Positions 37,400-47,596 of a DNA stretch of 64,000 nt are shown here, one piece after another. The notes under the pieces were generated by a model. That model was not told the DNA's origin. It worked only from the letters and a program-made list of their open reading frames with translations, and did no database searches. The first letter of the stretch is position 1, and the number at the start of each line of letters is the position of its first letter. The translations under genes were made by a program, and so were the position numbers. Origin of the DNA: Flavobacteriales bacterium (lineage in GTDB: Bacteria; Bacteroidota; Bacteroidia; Flavobacteriales_F; PHOS-HE28); NCBI GenBank assembly GCA_019912395.1, contig JAIOIH010000050.1, positions 52,651-116,650 on the forward strand, in the 5' to 3' direction.

Positions 37400-37567
37400 G
37401 GGCGTGGCTTGCCGATGCTGAAGCGCATCGGATCGACCTGCACCGGCCGCCGACGCACCGGGATCATACCGGCCATCAGGCGTTGCACGTGCAACTGCCT
37501 CCAGTGGTACCGAACGGCTGTCCAAGCGGATGGCGGGCTGTCCACCAACCAGCTCGGGAGTCTTGGC

Positions 37568-37966
37568 TCAGGCAAGCACCTTCTTCAGTTCCACCAACCG
37601 CTGTTGCTCGGCCTTGTTCGTTCCGTGGAACGCGTCGGCGATGCCGGTTGCGGTTCGTATGATCAGCTCCTTCATGGCCTTGGTGAAACGTTCCGGTGCG
37701 AGCCTGTACTGGTCCCGGAAGCTTTGGAAGGCGGTGTCGGCATCCATCTCCTTGGCGATGGCGAAGTCGAAACTGATGGCGATGTAGTGGGCGGAGTCCG
37801 TGCCGAAGTTGTCGAGGCTGTCCTCCAACGGGAGCCAGTGCTTGTCCACTTGCTTCTTCAGCTTTTGCTTTTCGGCAGGTGCGATACGGCCGTCGCTGGC
37901 GGCTATGCTATAGAAGAGATAGCCGATGCTGGCGTAGATGTCCTCGAAGGTGGTGGCAATGCCCAT
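37568..37966 (-). CDS. TerB-like (tellurite-resistance TerB family) protein
   Basis: 132 aa. GYLFYSIAASDGRIAPAEKQKL is the characteristic TerB/DjlA N-domain 'aaDG.i...E' motif. Confidence 0.65.
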   Translation of the reverse strand: MGIATTFEDIYASIGYLFYSIAASDGRIAPAEKQKLKKQVDKHWLPLEDSLDNFGTDSAHYIAISFDFAIAKEMDADTAFQSFRDQYRLAPERFTKAMKELIIRTATGIADAFHGTNKAEQQRLVELKKVLA

Positions 37967-38150
37967 GATGGTGTTGTTGAATGATGGCGCCGGTGCGCAG
38001 GATGTGTTTCAATACGATCCAAAGCTAGCTGCTTACCACGGCATACGGTCCGATCTTTCTCACCCGTGGTGCTGAGCTTCGTCAATCCCGCTCGTACTGT
38101 AGTTTGTATCCTTGTGCATTGGCCGCCCTGATGGCGATCCACCTGCACCC

Positions 38151-38957
38151 ATGACACGTATCCTTATCCCCACGGACATGAGCGAAGGCTCCCGCAAGGC
38201 GGTGCTCTTCGCGCTGGACGCATACGGCTTCGCGGAAAGCGAGTTCATCTTCCTGCTCACCATCGGCGATGCGCCGAAGATGGGCCTGTTCCCGGAGTTC
38301 AACAACCACATGAAGCGCTTGGCCCAAGGGGAGCTGGACGTGCTTACGGCGGAGATCCGGGCGCTGTACCCCGGGGAGACCTTGCACATGGACACGGTGG
38401 TGGGGACGGGCAGCGTGTTCGCGGCGGTGCAGGAATACACCGGCGCCAACCCCGTGGACCTAGTGGTGATGGGCACGCGCGGAGAAGGCGGCGCACTGAG
38501 ATGGGGCAGCAATGCCGAGGTGGTGTCGCGCAATTCCACCGGCCCGGTGATCGTGGTGCCGCCGGATTGGGAAGCGGGACCGATCAAGAAGATCCTGTTC
38601 GCGGATGACCAGGAGGAGGTGCGCGATCCGAAGGCGCTGATACCGCTGGTGCGGCTGGCCAAGCGCTACGGGGCCGGAGTGGAGTTCGTGCATGTGATGA
38701 AGGAGGGCGAACCGACGGGGCCGGTGCCCACCCTGGCCCCTTTCCCGAAGGTCTTTCAAGGGATCCCCTGTACAAGCAGCTCCACGGTGGGCAGCGATGT
38801 AACGGAAAGCCTGGAGCGCTCGCTGGATAGCGGGGATTACGGGATCCTCGCGGTGCTTCACCGCCGATTGGGCTGGCTGGACGGCTTGTTCCACCGCAGC
38901 GTGGCGAAGCGGATGGCGCTGAACACCACGGTGCCGCTGCTGGTGATGTACGAGTAG
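38151..38957 (+). CDS. tandem-domain universal stress protein (paralogue)
   Basis: The ORF spans 38112..38957, with a probable start at ATG 38151 (MTRILIPTDMSEGSRKAVLFAL). VVMGTRGEGGALRWGSNAEVV. Collinear with 13846..14652. Confidence 0.85.
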   Translation: MTRILIPTDMSEGSRKAVLFALDAYGFAESEFIFLLTIGDAPKMGLFPEFNNHMKRLAQGELDVLTAEIRALYPGETLHMDTVVGTGSVFAAVQEYTGANPVDLVVMGTRGEGGALRWGSNAEVVSRNSTGPVIVVPPDWEAGPIKKILFADDQEEVRDPKALIPLVRLAKRYGAGVEFVHVMKEGEPTGPVPTLAPFPKVFQGIPCTSSSTVGSDVTESLERSLDSGDYGILAVLHRRLGWLDGLFHRSVAKRMALNTTVPLLVMYE

Positions 38958-39087
38958 CGCATGTGCCGCTGAGGCGGAGGTGGCGTAAGGACCTGCATCC
39001 CCGACCGCTTGACCCATGCCTGCGGCTTCGCCGTACGGTGGACAGGGACGCAACCGCCTACTTTCACCCGCTCAAAACAACCGCACG

Positions 39088-41577
39088 ATGTCCCTTCGTT
39101 CGCTCTTCGCATTGGTCGTCCTTCTCAGTTCCGTCGCCCGCGGGCAGTACGTCATTCCCGATGCGATCCTGGCCGTGGAACTGCAAAGTGTGGTGCCCGA
39201 TGCCATGAACGGGAACGTGCTGGATACCACCGCTGCGAGCGTGCTCACCTTGAACTTCCTTGACCTGGGCGGTTCGGATGTGGCGGACCTGGACGGGGTG
39301 CAATACTTCACGGGCCTGGATTCACTCGACATCAGTTCCACTTACGTGACCACATTGACTGATCTGCCCGTCGATCTGAAATGGCTGGATTGCTCGTTCT
39401 CTGACCTCCTCGCGCTCCCGAACGACCTGCCGACCACGTTGGAATACCTCGACTGTGCCTACATCGACCTGACCTCGTTGCCCACCACACTGCCGAGCAC
39501 ACTGCTGCGCTTGGATGCTTCAAGCAATGAACTGAACTCGATCTTTGTGCTGCCGGCTTCGCTGCAGTACTTGGATGTGAACTGGAACAACCTGACCTAC
39601 ATCGGACAACTTCCCGCGAGCCTGATCGAGCTCAATTGCCAAAGCAATCAGTTGTCCACATTGCCTCCTCTACCTTCGGGACTCACCACGATCAGTGCCG
39701 GCGGCAACACACTCACCAGCCTGCCTGCGCTGCCTCCCGGCTTGCAATACCTGATCTTGAGCTACAATGAGCTGGTCACCTTGCCCGCGTTGCCGGACAG
39801 CTTGATCGAACTCTACATACCGTCGAACCATGTGACGAGCTTGCCGGAATTGCCTGCGGGCCTTCGGAAGTTGAGCGCTGGCTCCAACGAGCTCACCAGC
39901 CTGCCCGCCTTGCCCGATAGCATTTATTACCTCTACATCGCCTGGAACCAGATCGATAGCCTTCCGACCCTCCCGATCGGCTTGACCCTATTGGCATGCA
40001 GTGGGAATCTGCTTACTGAGCTTCCCCTGCTACCCGACGGCCTGGAGGAATTGTACTGCAACCAGAACCCCCTGTCCTGCCTTCCTGCGCTACCAAGCTC
40101 GCTCGTTGATCTGGTCTGTACCAATACGGGGATCACTTGCCTGCCCAACATCCCGGCGGGCTCGGCCTATACCCAAGGCGATCTGGGATTCGTGCCCGTG
40201 GTCTGTGGCCCTGATGACGATTGCTTCCTGACACAGGTGATCACCGGCGTGCTCTTCATTGACAGTGATGGCGATGGGATCATGTCCAGTGGCGAACTCG
40301 CCCTACCGCACGGAACAGCGGAGGCCCAGCCCGGCGCCTACTTGGGCGGGGCCGATGGCACGGGCCGGTTCGCGATCCCCGTGGACACCGGGACCTACAG
40401 CGTGCAAGGCGTTCCGGAGCTCTACCACAGCATCACCACGGCACCGTATTCGATCACCATCTCCATGGGGACTTCGGACACCACCGCCTACATCGGCTAC
40501 CAACCCATCCCCGGTATCCATGACCTTGTGGTGGATATCCAAGCAGGCGTTGCGCGCCCCGGTTTTGATAACAACGTGTTCCTCACCGTTACGAACATCG
40601 GTACCGAGAGCAGCGATGCGACCCTGAACCTCGACCTCGATGCGGACCAGAGCTTCCTCACCTCCACCCAGCTCCCTGCCTCGCAGACCGGCACGAACGT
40701 CAGCTGGAACGCCAGCCTTGCACCGGGCGAGAGCTGGAACGAGGTCGTCACCTTGCATACCGACACGAGCGTTGCCTTGGGCACGGAAGTGGAACATCTG
40801 TTCAGCGCGAATTCCGCCATGAACGATACCACCCCGGCGGACAATTCCATGAGCTGGAATGATACGGTCGCAGGTGCCTATGACCCCAACGATAAGCGAC
40901 CCTCGGTACACACGCTGACACCCGACCAAGTGCAGCAGGGCGAATGGATCCACTACACGATACGCTTCCAGAACACGGGCACCTTCCTCGCGGAGCAGGT
41001 GGTGATCACCGATACCCTATCCCCCTTCCTCCAATGGAACACCGTGGCGTACATCAGTGCTTCGCACGATAACCAATGGGTGATGAAGGACGGTGTACTG
41101 TTGTTCTCGTTCAACAACATCCAGCTCCCCGATAGTGGCGCGGACCCACTGGGCAGCCAAGGCTATGTACACTTCCACGTGAAGGTGGATGCCGGCGCGA
41201 GCCTGGGGGATTCCATCGTGAACCGGGCCAACATCTTCTTCGATCACAACGTGCCGGTGATCACCGAACCGGCGATCACCGTGATCAATGACATCACCGG
41301 GTTGAGCGGACCGGACCAACCGGAATACCCAACGGCGATGATCGTTCCCAACCCGACCAGCGACCGCGCGATCCTGCACCATGCCGTTGCCCCGGGGCAG
41401 GTGGGCGTGTTCATCCTCTACAGCGTCACAGGCAAGGTGGTCCTGCGGACCAACGTCCCCGGCGGAACGAGGAACTTCCCCTTCTCCACCGCCGACCTGG
41501 AGCCGGGCATGTACTTCTTCGTGGTCACCGTTGGCGCGGACAAGTACGGGACCGGCAAGCTGAGCGTGGTGCGCTGA
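39088..41577 (+). CDS. leucine-rich-repeat (LPX-type, ~20-22 aa repeats) surface protein with T9SS C-terminal sorting domain
   Basis: The ORF spans 39016..41577, with a start at ATG 39088 (MSLRSLFALVVLLSSVARGQ). More than 12 repeats of L..L.c..N.LT.LP.LP..L. A central repeat/DUF11-like region follows. CTD: IVPNPTSDRAILHH...GMYFFVV. Confidence 0.85.
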   Translation: MSLRSLFALVVLLSSVARGQYVIPDAILAVELQSVVPDAMNGNVLDTTAASVLTLNFLDLGGSDVADLDGVQYFTGLDSLDISSTYVTTLTDLPVDLKWLDCSFSDLLALPNDLPTTLEYLDCAYIDLTSLPTTLPSTLLRLDASSNELNSIFVLPASLQYLDVNWNNLTYIGQLPASLIELNCQSNQLSTLPPLPSGLTTISAGGNTLTSLPALPPGLQYLILSYNELVTLPALPDSLIELYIPSNHVTSLPELPAGLRKLSAGSNELTSLPALPDSIYYLYIAWNQIDSLPTLPIGLTLLACSGNLLTELPLLPDGLEELYCNQNPLSCLPALPSSLVDLVCTNTGITCLPNIPAGSAYTQGDLGFVPVVCGPDDDCFLTQVITGVLFIDSDGDGIMSSGELALPHGTAEAQPGAYLGGADGTGRFAIPVDTGTYSVQGVPELYHSITTAPYSITISMGTSDTTAYIGYQPIPGIHDLVVDIQAGVARPGFDNNVFLTVTNIGTESSDATLNLDLDADQSFLTSTQLPASQTGTNVSWNASLAPGESWNEVVTLHTDTSVALGTEVEHLFSANSAMNDTTPADNSMSWNDTVAGAYDPNDKRPSVHTLTPDQVQQGEWIHYTIRFQNTGTFLAEQVVITDTLSPFLQWNTVAYISASHDNQWVMKDGVLLFSFNNIQLPDSGADPLGSQGYVHFHVKVDAGASLGDSIVNRANIFFDHNVPVITEPAITVINDITGLSGPDQPEYPTAMIVPNPTSDRAILHHAVAPGQVGVFILYSVTGKVVLRTNVPGGTRNFPFSTADLEPGMYFFVVTVGADKYGTGKLSVVR

Positions 41578-41697
41578 GGGCGACGGCAGCAGGCCGGTGA
41601 GTGGCGGGCACATCCCTACGGCATGCAGGCTCGGGAAAACCCCGAGCGCCGGGACGGGTACCAAGGGCGAAAACCTGCATACATTCGTTCAACCATC

Positions 41698-42546
41698 ATG
41701 CATCCGTCCAAGCGCAGGTATCGACCATACATCACCGCCCTGATGGTGTTCTGGTCCTTGGGCATCACGGCCCAGGATGACCGGACCTTTCCGAACGTGA
41801 GCGCGGAATTCACGATGGCGTGGCCCTGTATTGATGGCGTGAACGGGCCATACACGGTGTGGGAGGTGATCACCTACAGCGCACAGCCCTCGGTGCAGCA
41901 CCTCGGTTTGGAATGGGGCGCTTTCGGCTCCCAAGGTGGTCGCCTTGCCGTGGATGGGGATCGCGTGCTTTTGTGGGGACCGGTAGATGTCTACGTGCCA
42001 CAGGATTCCATCGTCCAGCTCTATGACTTCGGTCTCGCCGTGGGGGATACGGCCTACTATGACTACTACTATACGTACGGGCATGCCGTGGTGGTGGAGG
42101 TTGAAGTGGTACAGGTGTTGGGGCGGGATCGACGTCGCTTGGAACTGGACAACGGTGATGTGTGGCTGGAAGGGGTCGGAAGCCTCTTCGGCGTGGTGCG
42201 ACCGCTCTGGATGACCCCGCTCGGTTGCGCTGACCCCGTCTACACCTTCTGTGCCGAGTATGCCGATGATCAGGGTGAAGCCTATACGTGGTGCTCGAAC
42301 ATCATTCTCGGCGTTCCGAACAGAACGGAGCGGGTGCTCAACCTGGCACCGAATCCCAGCAACGGGTCCTTCACTGTGCGGGGTGGTAGCCCCGGTGCTC
42401 CTTATCAACTGCGCGACCTGCAGGGGCGCACGATCCAACGTGGATCACTGATGGGTGGCGTGGACCGGTTCGATCTGCACGGCCTGCCGGCCGGGATCTA
42501 TTTGTTCCATTCGAACAACGCGGTGGTCAAGGTCATTCTGGAGTGA
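41698..42546 (+). CDS. hypothetical secreted protein with T9SS C-terminal sorting domain
   Basis: The ORF spans 41623..42546, with a probable start at ATG 41698 (MHPSKRRYRPYITALMVFWSLGITAQ). CTD: LAPNPSNGSFTVRG...GIYLFHS. Confidence 0.7.
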   Translation: MHPSKRRYRPYITALMVFWSLGITAQDDRTFPNVSAEFTMAWPCIDGVNGPYTVWEVITYSAQPSVQHLGLEWGAFGSQGGRLAVDGDRVLLWGPVDVYVPQDSIVQLYDFGLAVGDTAYYDYYYTYGHAVVVEVEVVQVLGRDRRRLELDNGDVWLEGVGSLFGVVRPLWMTPLGCADPVYTFCAEYADDQGEAYTWCSNIILGVPNRTERVLNLAPNPSNGSFTVRGGSPGAPYQLRDLQGRTIQRGSLMGGVDRFDLHGLPAGIYLFHSNNAVVKVILE

Positions 42547-42622
42547 TCGGTTCCGTTCCGGCAAGCGTGAGAGCAGCATGGCGGAGCGGAGCGGCGGGAA
42601 CTCTTGCCATCCACCAACGCAG

Positions 42623-42659
42623 AAGAGCGGCTCACCCTCCTTTCGGGTGAACCGCTCTT
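42623..42659. terminator. putative bidirectional intrinsic terminator hairpin between convergent genes
   Basis: aagagcggctcaccc / 7-nt loop / gggtgaaccgctctt forms a 15-bp stem with 1 mismatch. T-run on the + side (ctctttc). Located between the 3' ends of 41698..42546 (+) and 42684..43787 (-). Confidence 0.6.
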
Positions 42660-42683
42660 TCACATGGACCGTGTTGAGGATGA

Positions 42684-43787
42684 TCAGTTGGACAGGATCA
42701 TCTTGAAGGACTTTTCCTTGGCCGCATTCTCGAACACGGTGTAGGCCTTCTCGATCTCGTTCAACTTGAACCGATGCGAGATCAGCTTCTTCGGCTCGAG
42801 CTTTCCGGACTCCACCGTCTTGAGCAGCATCGACGTGGTGTTGGTGTTCACCAGCCCCATGGAGATCGTGATGTCACGGATCCACATGTCCTGCAGTTGC
42901 AGGTCCACCTTTTGCCCATGCACACCGATGTTGGCGATGTTCCCGCCGGAGCGGACGATCTTCTGGCAGATGTCCCAAGTGGACGGGATCCCCACGGCCT
43001 CCATGGCCACGTCCACACCATGCTTGGTCTCGGACATGATCCGCTTCACCGCATCCTCCGACCCTGAATTGATGGTATCCGTCGCTCCCAATTCCTTGGC
43101 GAGCTTCAAGCGGCTGTCATCCAGGTCGATCATGTAGATCCTGGCCGGTGAGTAGAACTGTGCGGTAAGCAGCGCGGCCATGCCGATGGGTCCTGCGCCT
43201 ACGATCGCGATCGTGTCCCCCGGCTTTACCTGGCCCTTGATCACACCGATCTCATGGCCGGTCGGCAGAATGTCGCTGAGCATCACCGCGGCTTCCTCAT
43301 CGACCCCTTCAGGTATCGCATACAAGCTCATATCGGCGTGCGGGATGCGCACATATTCCGCCTGTGTGCCATTGATCAGGTGGCCCAGGATCCAGCCGCC
43401 ATCCTCACAAAGCGAATACATCTGCTTCTTGCAGTATTCACAGGTGCCATCGGCCGAGATGCAGGAAATGATCACACGGTCGCCCTTCTTGAACTTCGAT
43501 ACGGACGACCCGACCTCCTCGATCACTCCCACCCCTTCATGGCCCAAGGTGGTCCCGGGTTTGCAGGAGGGCGTCTTGCCGTGCAGAATGCCAAGATCGG
43601 TACCGCAGATCGTGGTCTTCAAGACCTTGATGAGCGCATCCGTCGGTTTTTCAATGCCGGGTTTTGGGACTTCCTTCCACTCAATTTTCCCCCCTCCCTG
43701 GTACACCAGTGCCTTCATGGTCCGTGTGCCTTTGGCGGAATGATCGTTGGACGGTTTCTTTTCGGTCTGGGTGGCTATACTGGACAT
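42684..43787 (-). CDS. zinc-dependent NAD(P) alcohol dehydrogenase (MDR family)
   Basis: GHEGVGVIEEVG zinc signature, structural-zinc Cys cluster CISADGTCEYC, Rossmann motif GAGPIGMAA. The start could be ATG 43718 (MKALVYQ). Confidence 0.9.
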   Translation of the reverse strand: MSSIATQTEKKPSNDHSAKGTRTMKALVYQGGGKIEWKEVPKPGIEKPTDALIKVLKTTICGTDLGILHGKTPSCKPGTTLGHEGVGVIEEVGSSVSKFKKGDRVIISCISADGTCEYCKKQMYSLCEDGGWILGHLINGTQAEYVRIPHADMSLYAIPEGVDEEAAVMLSDILPTGHEIGVIKGQVKPGDTIAIVGAGPIGMAALLTAQFYSPARIYMIDLDDSRLKLAKELGATDTINSGSEDAVKRIMSETKHGVDVAMEAVGIPSTWDICQKIVRSGGNIANIGVHGQKVDLQLQDMWIRDITISMGLVNTNTTSMLLKTVESGKLEPKKLISHRFKLNEIEKAYTVFENAAKEKSFKMILSN

Positions 43788-43900
43788 GTTGATCGTGTTT
43801 TATTCCGCAGCAACATTGCTACCCCCTAAAGGTCGCCATACCTTGACCGATCCGCGTTACATAACTATGGAAAGGAGTTACATCTTTCCCACATCGCGTA

Positions 43901-44461
43901 CTACATGTCCTCCAAATGGACCTTGCGCTTTTGCTTCCGCCTCTTGAAGAGCGTGGGGGTGAGCCCCGTCACCTTCTTGAACTGGCCGGAGAGATGGGCG
44001 ACACTGCTATAGCGCAACTTGTAGGAGATCTCGGTCAGGTTGAGCTCCTCATCCAGCAACAGCTCCTTGGCCCGCTCGATCCTGCTGGCGATCAGGAATT
44101 GCTCGATGGTGGTGTGCTTGATCTCCGAAAAAGTGTTCGCGAGGTAGGTATAGTCGTATCCCATCTCCTCACTGAGAAAGATGGAGAACTTCACCTTCGG
44201 CAATTCCTCGGGACCATGGACCATTTTGGTCACCACGTTCCTTATCCGCTCCACCAGGATGGCCTTCCTGACATCCATGAGTTCCAAGCCCGACCGGAGC
44301 AAGGCTTTCCCCAATTGCCTCCGTTGTGCTGAAGTGATCCCATCGAGGACCTCAACAGTTCCCAGATCGACGGCCCCATGGTGGAGACCGAGCTTCGCCA
44401 GTTCCTCCTTCACCTTCATCTTGCAACGAAGGCTCACCATATTCTTCACATGGATGATCAT
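43901..44461 (-). CDS. AraC-family transcriptional regulator
   Basis: The ORF spans 43901..44554, with a probable start at ATG 44461 (MIIHVKNMVSLRCK). C-terminal AraC HTH: LTEISYKLRYSSVAHLSGQFKKVTGLTP. Same strand as the ADH gene and directly upstream of it. Confidence 0.85.
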   Translation of the reverse strand: MIIHVKNMVSLRCKMKVKEELAKLGLHHGAVDLGTVEVLDGITSAQRRQLGKALLRSGLELMDVRKAILVERIRNVVTKMVHGPEELPKVKFSIFLSEEMGYDYTYLANTFSEIKHTTIEQFLIASRIERAKELLLDEELNLTEISYKLRYSSVAHLSGQFKKVTGLTPTLFKRRKQKRKVHLEDM

Positions 44462-44593
44462 CCCGCGCGGCCTGCCATCGGACGTGTTGCCCATTGATGG
44501 AGCACCACATCGCACACTGGTTGAACAGGTCCATTCAGAACAACCGGCCCACATGATTGTTCGGTCCCAGCGCAGGCACCGGCCGTGCAGCTT

Positions 44594-45868
44594 TCACAAA
44601 GCGGGGACGATCCAGTGCATTACCCACACGCAGAGCACCGTGGCGACCGCAACAACGCCGAAGCCCAGGCCCACCCACTTGATCATGGCCTTGTGGCCGA
44701 AGATCACCACGATCAGGAACTTCATCACCGTGTTGGAGAGCGTGGCCAGCAGCACCGCAATGGAGGCCATCAGCAGGCCCACGTCCTCGGTGCTGCGGGC
44801 AACGGACAACGTGATCACGTCCATGTTGGTGGCGCCGAAGACCAGGCTGGTGGCGTAGTATCCTTCCGCACTGTGGTCTGCTGACGCCAGGTCCATCAGC
44901 CAGAGCACGGCCATGTAGAGGATGGCGAACTGGATGGACGCGCTGAAGTTCAGCGGGTTCTTGGTTGGTATGTCCTCCTCGGCCCCGTCGCCTCCCTTGC
45001 GTTGAATGAGGTAGGCCATGCCAAAGGACACCAGCGTGATGAAGGCCATGGGAAGGACCATGCGGATGGCGAGGTCCTGATCGATCACCCAAATGATCAA
45101 CCAGACGCGCGGATAGAGCACCGCCGTGGCCCCGATGATGCCGGCGGCGGACACGATGTGCGGCCCGCGCGGTTGCTTGCGCGAGCGCTGCGCCAAGCTC
45201 AAGGTGACCGCCGTGCTGGAGACCAGGCCACCGATGATGCCGGAGACCAGTGTGCCCTTCTCAGGTCCGAGGACCTTGCCCAGCAGATAACCGGCAAGGC
45301 TGATGCCGGTGACCAGGATCACCATGATCCAGATCTCGTGCAGGTCCCAAACGCCGTTGGGACCCATGGGATCGCTGGGCAGGAACGGCAATATCACCGC
45401 CGAGATGATCACGAACTGGATGAACGCCCGGATGTCCTTCGGGGTGAGCGTGGCGATGAAGCTGTGCAGCCTCATCTTCAGGGAGAGCAGGGCGGTGATG
45501 GCCACGGCGACGATCACGGCGAAAAGCACTTCCCCCCGGAACACCACGGCGCCGATGGCGAAGGCAAGGATGCCCGAAAGCTCCGTGGTGATGCCATAGC
45601 CGCCGGGCCGGGCCGACATCACATAGGCCGCGACCACCAGCGCCACCAGGCCGCCGAGGCCCGCAATGAAGGCCCAGGGGCCGTAGCTCTGCGCGAGGTA
45701 GGCGCACAGAAAACCGAACAAGGCGATCAACGTATAGCTGCGCACCCCGGCGAACTGATCCTCCTTGTCCGGAGCGCGCTTGGCGAACTCACGCTCCATG
45801 CCGATGAAGAAGCCGAGCGCCAACGCGATCAACACCCGTTGGATCAATTCCAGCAGCTCTTCGCTCAT
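44594..45868 (-). CDS. MgtC/SapB family membrane protein with DUF4010-like C-terminal domain
   Basis: LALGFFIGMEREFA...GVRSYTLIAL is a MgtC-family N-terminal motif. Polytopic membrane protein of 424 aa. Confidence 0.75.
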   Translation of the reverse strand: MSEELLELIQRVLIALALGFFIGMEREFAKRAPDKEDQFAGVRSYTLIALFGFLCAYLAQSYGPWAFIAGLGGLVALVVAAYVMSARPGGYGITTELSGILAFAIGAVVFRGEVLFAVIVAVAITALLSLKMRLHSFIATLTPKDIRAFIQFVIISAVILPFLPSDPMGPNGVWDLHEIWIMVILVTGISLAGYLLGKVLGPEKGTLVSGIIGGLVSSTAVTLSLAQRSRKQPRGPHIVSAAGIIGATAVLYPRVWLIIWVIDQDLAIRMVLPMAFITLVSFGMAYLIQRKGGDGAEEDIPTKNPLNFSASIQFAILYMAVLWLMDLASADHSAEGYYATSLVFGATNMDVITLSVARSTEDVGLLMASIAVLLATLSNTVMKFLIVVIFGHKAMIKWVGLGFGVVAVATVLCVWVMHWIVPAL

Positions 45869-45907
45869 GCGGCAAATATCGCGCTCCGGGAGCGTTGGTA
45901 CTCCTGT

Positions 45908-45990
45908 GCTCCCGCAGGGCCGTGCGCAGGTGATCCTGCGCCGTCAATGGTTCCGCAGGGTCCCGGGGCGGAGGCCCCTGCGGGTGAATG
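45908..45990 (+). repeat. REP-like double-hairpin intergenic element, copy A
   Basis: gctcccgcagggccgtgcgcaggtgatcctgcgccgtcaatggttccgcagggtcccggggcggaggcccctgcgggtgaat. Same architecture and orientation as the copies at 47381, 47491 and 48211. Confidence 0.8.
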
Positions 45991-46108
45991 AAGTCTCCCT
46001 CTCTGCGCTCGATCCGATCACCGGCACGAGACATCCGCACGCTGGAACCGTGCCTGCGGCAGGCAGGCGCACAGTGCCGGAGGCGGAAGTGCCGCGCCCA
46101 GGCAAGGG

Positions 46109-47341
46109 CTATTGTCCGTGGTTACCGCCGATCAGCGCGGCCACGGTAAACCCGAGCAACACGAGCGTAAGGGTGATCGCGAATACGGGGATCAGGGGTA
46201 CGCGCCCGATGCGCATCGGCATCCGGTAGGGCCGCGGAAGGTCCGGTCGCCGGAGCCGCAATACCACGGCGGATACGTTCACCATCAGGAAGGTGAGGAA
46301 GATGCTCACCGTGGCGATGCGGGCGACGACGGCGATGTCACCGATCAGCGCGAAACCGCACGCGACCAACGCGATGAACACGAGGGCCGTTACGGGTGTC
46401 CTGGCTGAGGAGATCCGCGCCAGCCAGCGCATGGGCCCGAGCTCGCGCCCCATGAAGGAGAGTACGCGAGAGCTCCCCAGGAGATTGCTGAGGATGGTGT
46501 TGCCGGTGGCGAACAATGCCGCAATGCCCACCACCAGCACACCGGTGCGTCCCCAACTGAGCTCAATGACCGCGGCCAACGGCGCGGGCTCATCGGCGAG
46601 CTGCTGCCACGGCATCGCGCTCACCACCAGCATCGCCAAGGCCACGTAGATCACCAGCACGATGCCGTTGGAGATGAACAGCGCACGAGGGATGTTGCGT
46701 TCCGGGTCCCGTGCTTCCTCGGCCAACTTCACGATGTCCTCGAAACCCATGTAGGCGAAAAAGCTCAACGCTGCCGCGAAGAAGAGCCCGTTGAAGTTCC
46801 CGTCCGGAAGCGCCAACAGGTCCACTGCACCCGCTTGGGGGAATGCAGCGATGCACACGGCCACAAGGCCCAGGACCTCGATCACCGTAAGCACGATGTT
46901 CACCGTGCTGGATGCCTCTATGCCGATGACGTTCACCAGCAACAACAGGCCGATGATGCCCAACGCCACCGGGAGCAACGGCAGGTCCACAAGTTCCGTG
47001 AAATACCCCGCGAAGCCCAAGGATACCGTTGCCGCACTGATGATGCCGTTCATCGCGATCAACAGGCCCACCACCGTTCCGGCACGTTGCCCAAAAGCCT
47101 TTTGGGCGTAGACGTACTCGCCTCCCGAACGAGGGTACGCGGCGCTCAGTTCAGCGTAGGAGAAGGCCGTAAGGAAGGCGGTGAACGAGGCGATGAGAAA
47201 GGCCAACCACGTAAGGTTGCCCGCTTCGCCAGCCACTTTCCCGATGAGCGTGTAGATGCCGGCACCCAGGATGGAACCCACGCCGAAGAAGACCACATGG
47301 CCAAGGCCGAGCGCGCGTTTCAAGGTCGCCATGTTGATCAC
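46109..47341 (-). CDS. APC-superfamily amino acid permease
   Basis: 410 aa with about 12 TM helices. N-terminal LGLGHVVFFGVGSILGAGIY and YAELSAAYPRSGGEYVY are typical APC motifs. Confidence 0.85.
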   Translation of the reverse strand: MINMATLKRALGLGHVVFFGVGSILGAGIYTLIGKVAGEAGNLTWLAFLIASFTAFLTAFSYAELSAAYPRSGGEYVYAQKAFGQRAGTVVGLLIAMNGIISAATVSLGFAGYFTELVDLPLLPVALGIIGLLLLVNVIGIEASSTVNIVLTVIEVLGLVAVCIAAFPQAGAVDLLALPDGNFNGLFFAAALSFFAYMGFEDIVKLAEEARDPERNIPRALFISNGIVLVIYVALAMLVVSAMPWQQLADEPAPLAAVIELSWGRTGVLVVGIAALFATGNTILSNLLGSSRVLSFMGRELGPMRWLARISSARTPVTALVFIALVACGFALIGDIAVVARIATVSIFLTFLMVNVSAVVLRLRRPDLPRPYRMPMRIGRVPLIPVFAITLTLVLLGFTVAALIGGNHGQ

Positions 47342-47380
47342 GCCGAAGGTAATCCGCGCTTTTTGCCCCGCGTGTCCGGT

Positions 47381-47588
47381 GTTTCCGCTCCCGCAGGGTC
47401 TCTCGCAGAGGACCCTGCGGCGTCAATTCAGTTCCGCAGGGTCCCGAGGCGGAGACCCCTGCGGGAGAATATGCAAGGAGGGGTCGGGGCGTTTCCGCTC
47501 CCGCAGGGTCTCTCGCAGAGGACCCTGCGGCATCAATGGTTCCGCAGGGTCCCCCTGCGGGTGAATATGCAAGGAGGGGTCGGGGCGT
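47381..47588 (+). repeat. REP-like double-hairpin element, two tandem copies (B: 47381-47490, C: 47491-47588)
   Basis: Each unit reads gtttccgctcccgcagggtc-tctcgcagag-gaccctgcgg (10-bp stem) ... ccgcaggg-N-ccctgcgg (8-bp stem) ... gaatatgcaaggaggggtcggggc. Copy C carries an internal deletion of about 12 nt. Confidence 0.85.
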
Positions 47589-47596
47589 TCCGCGGT

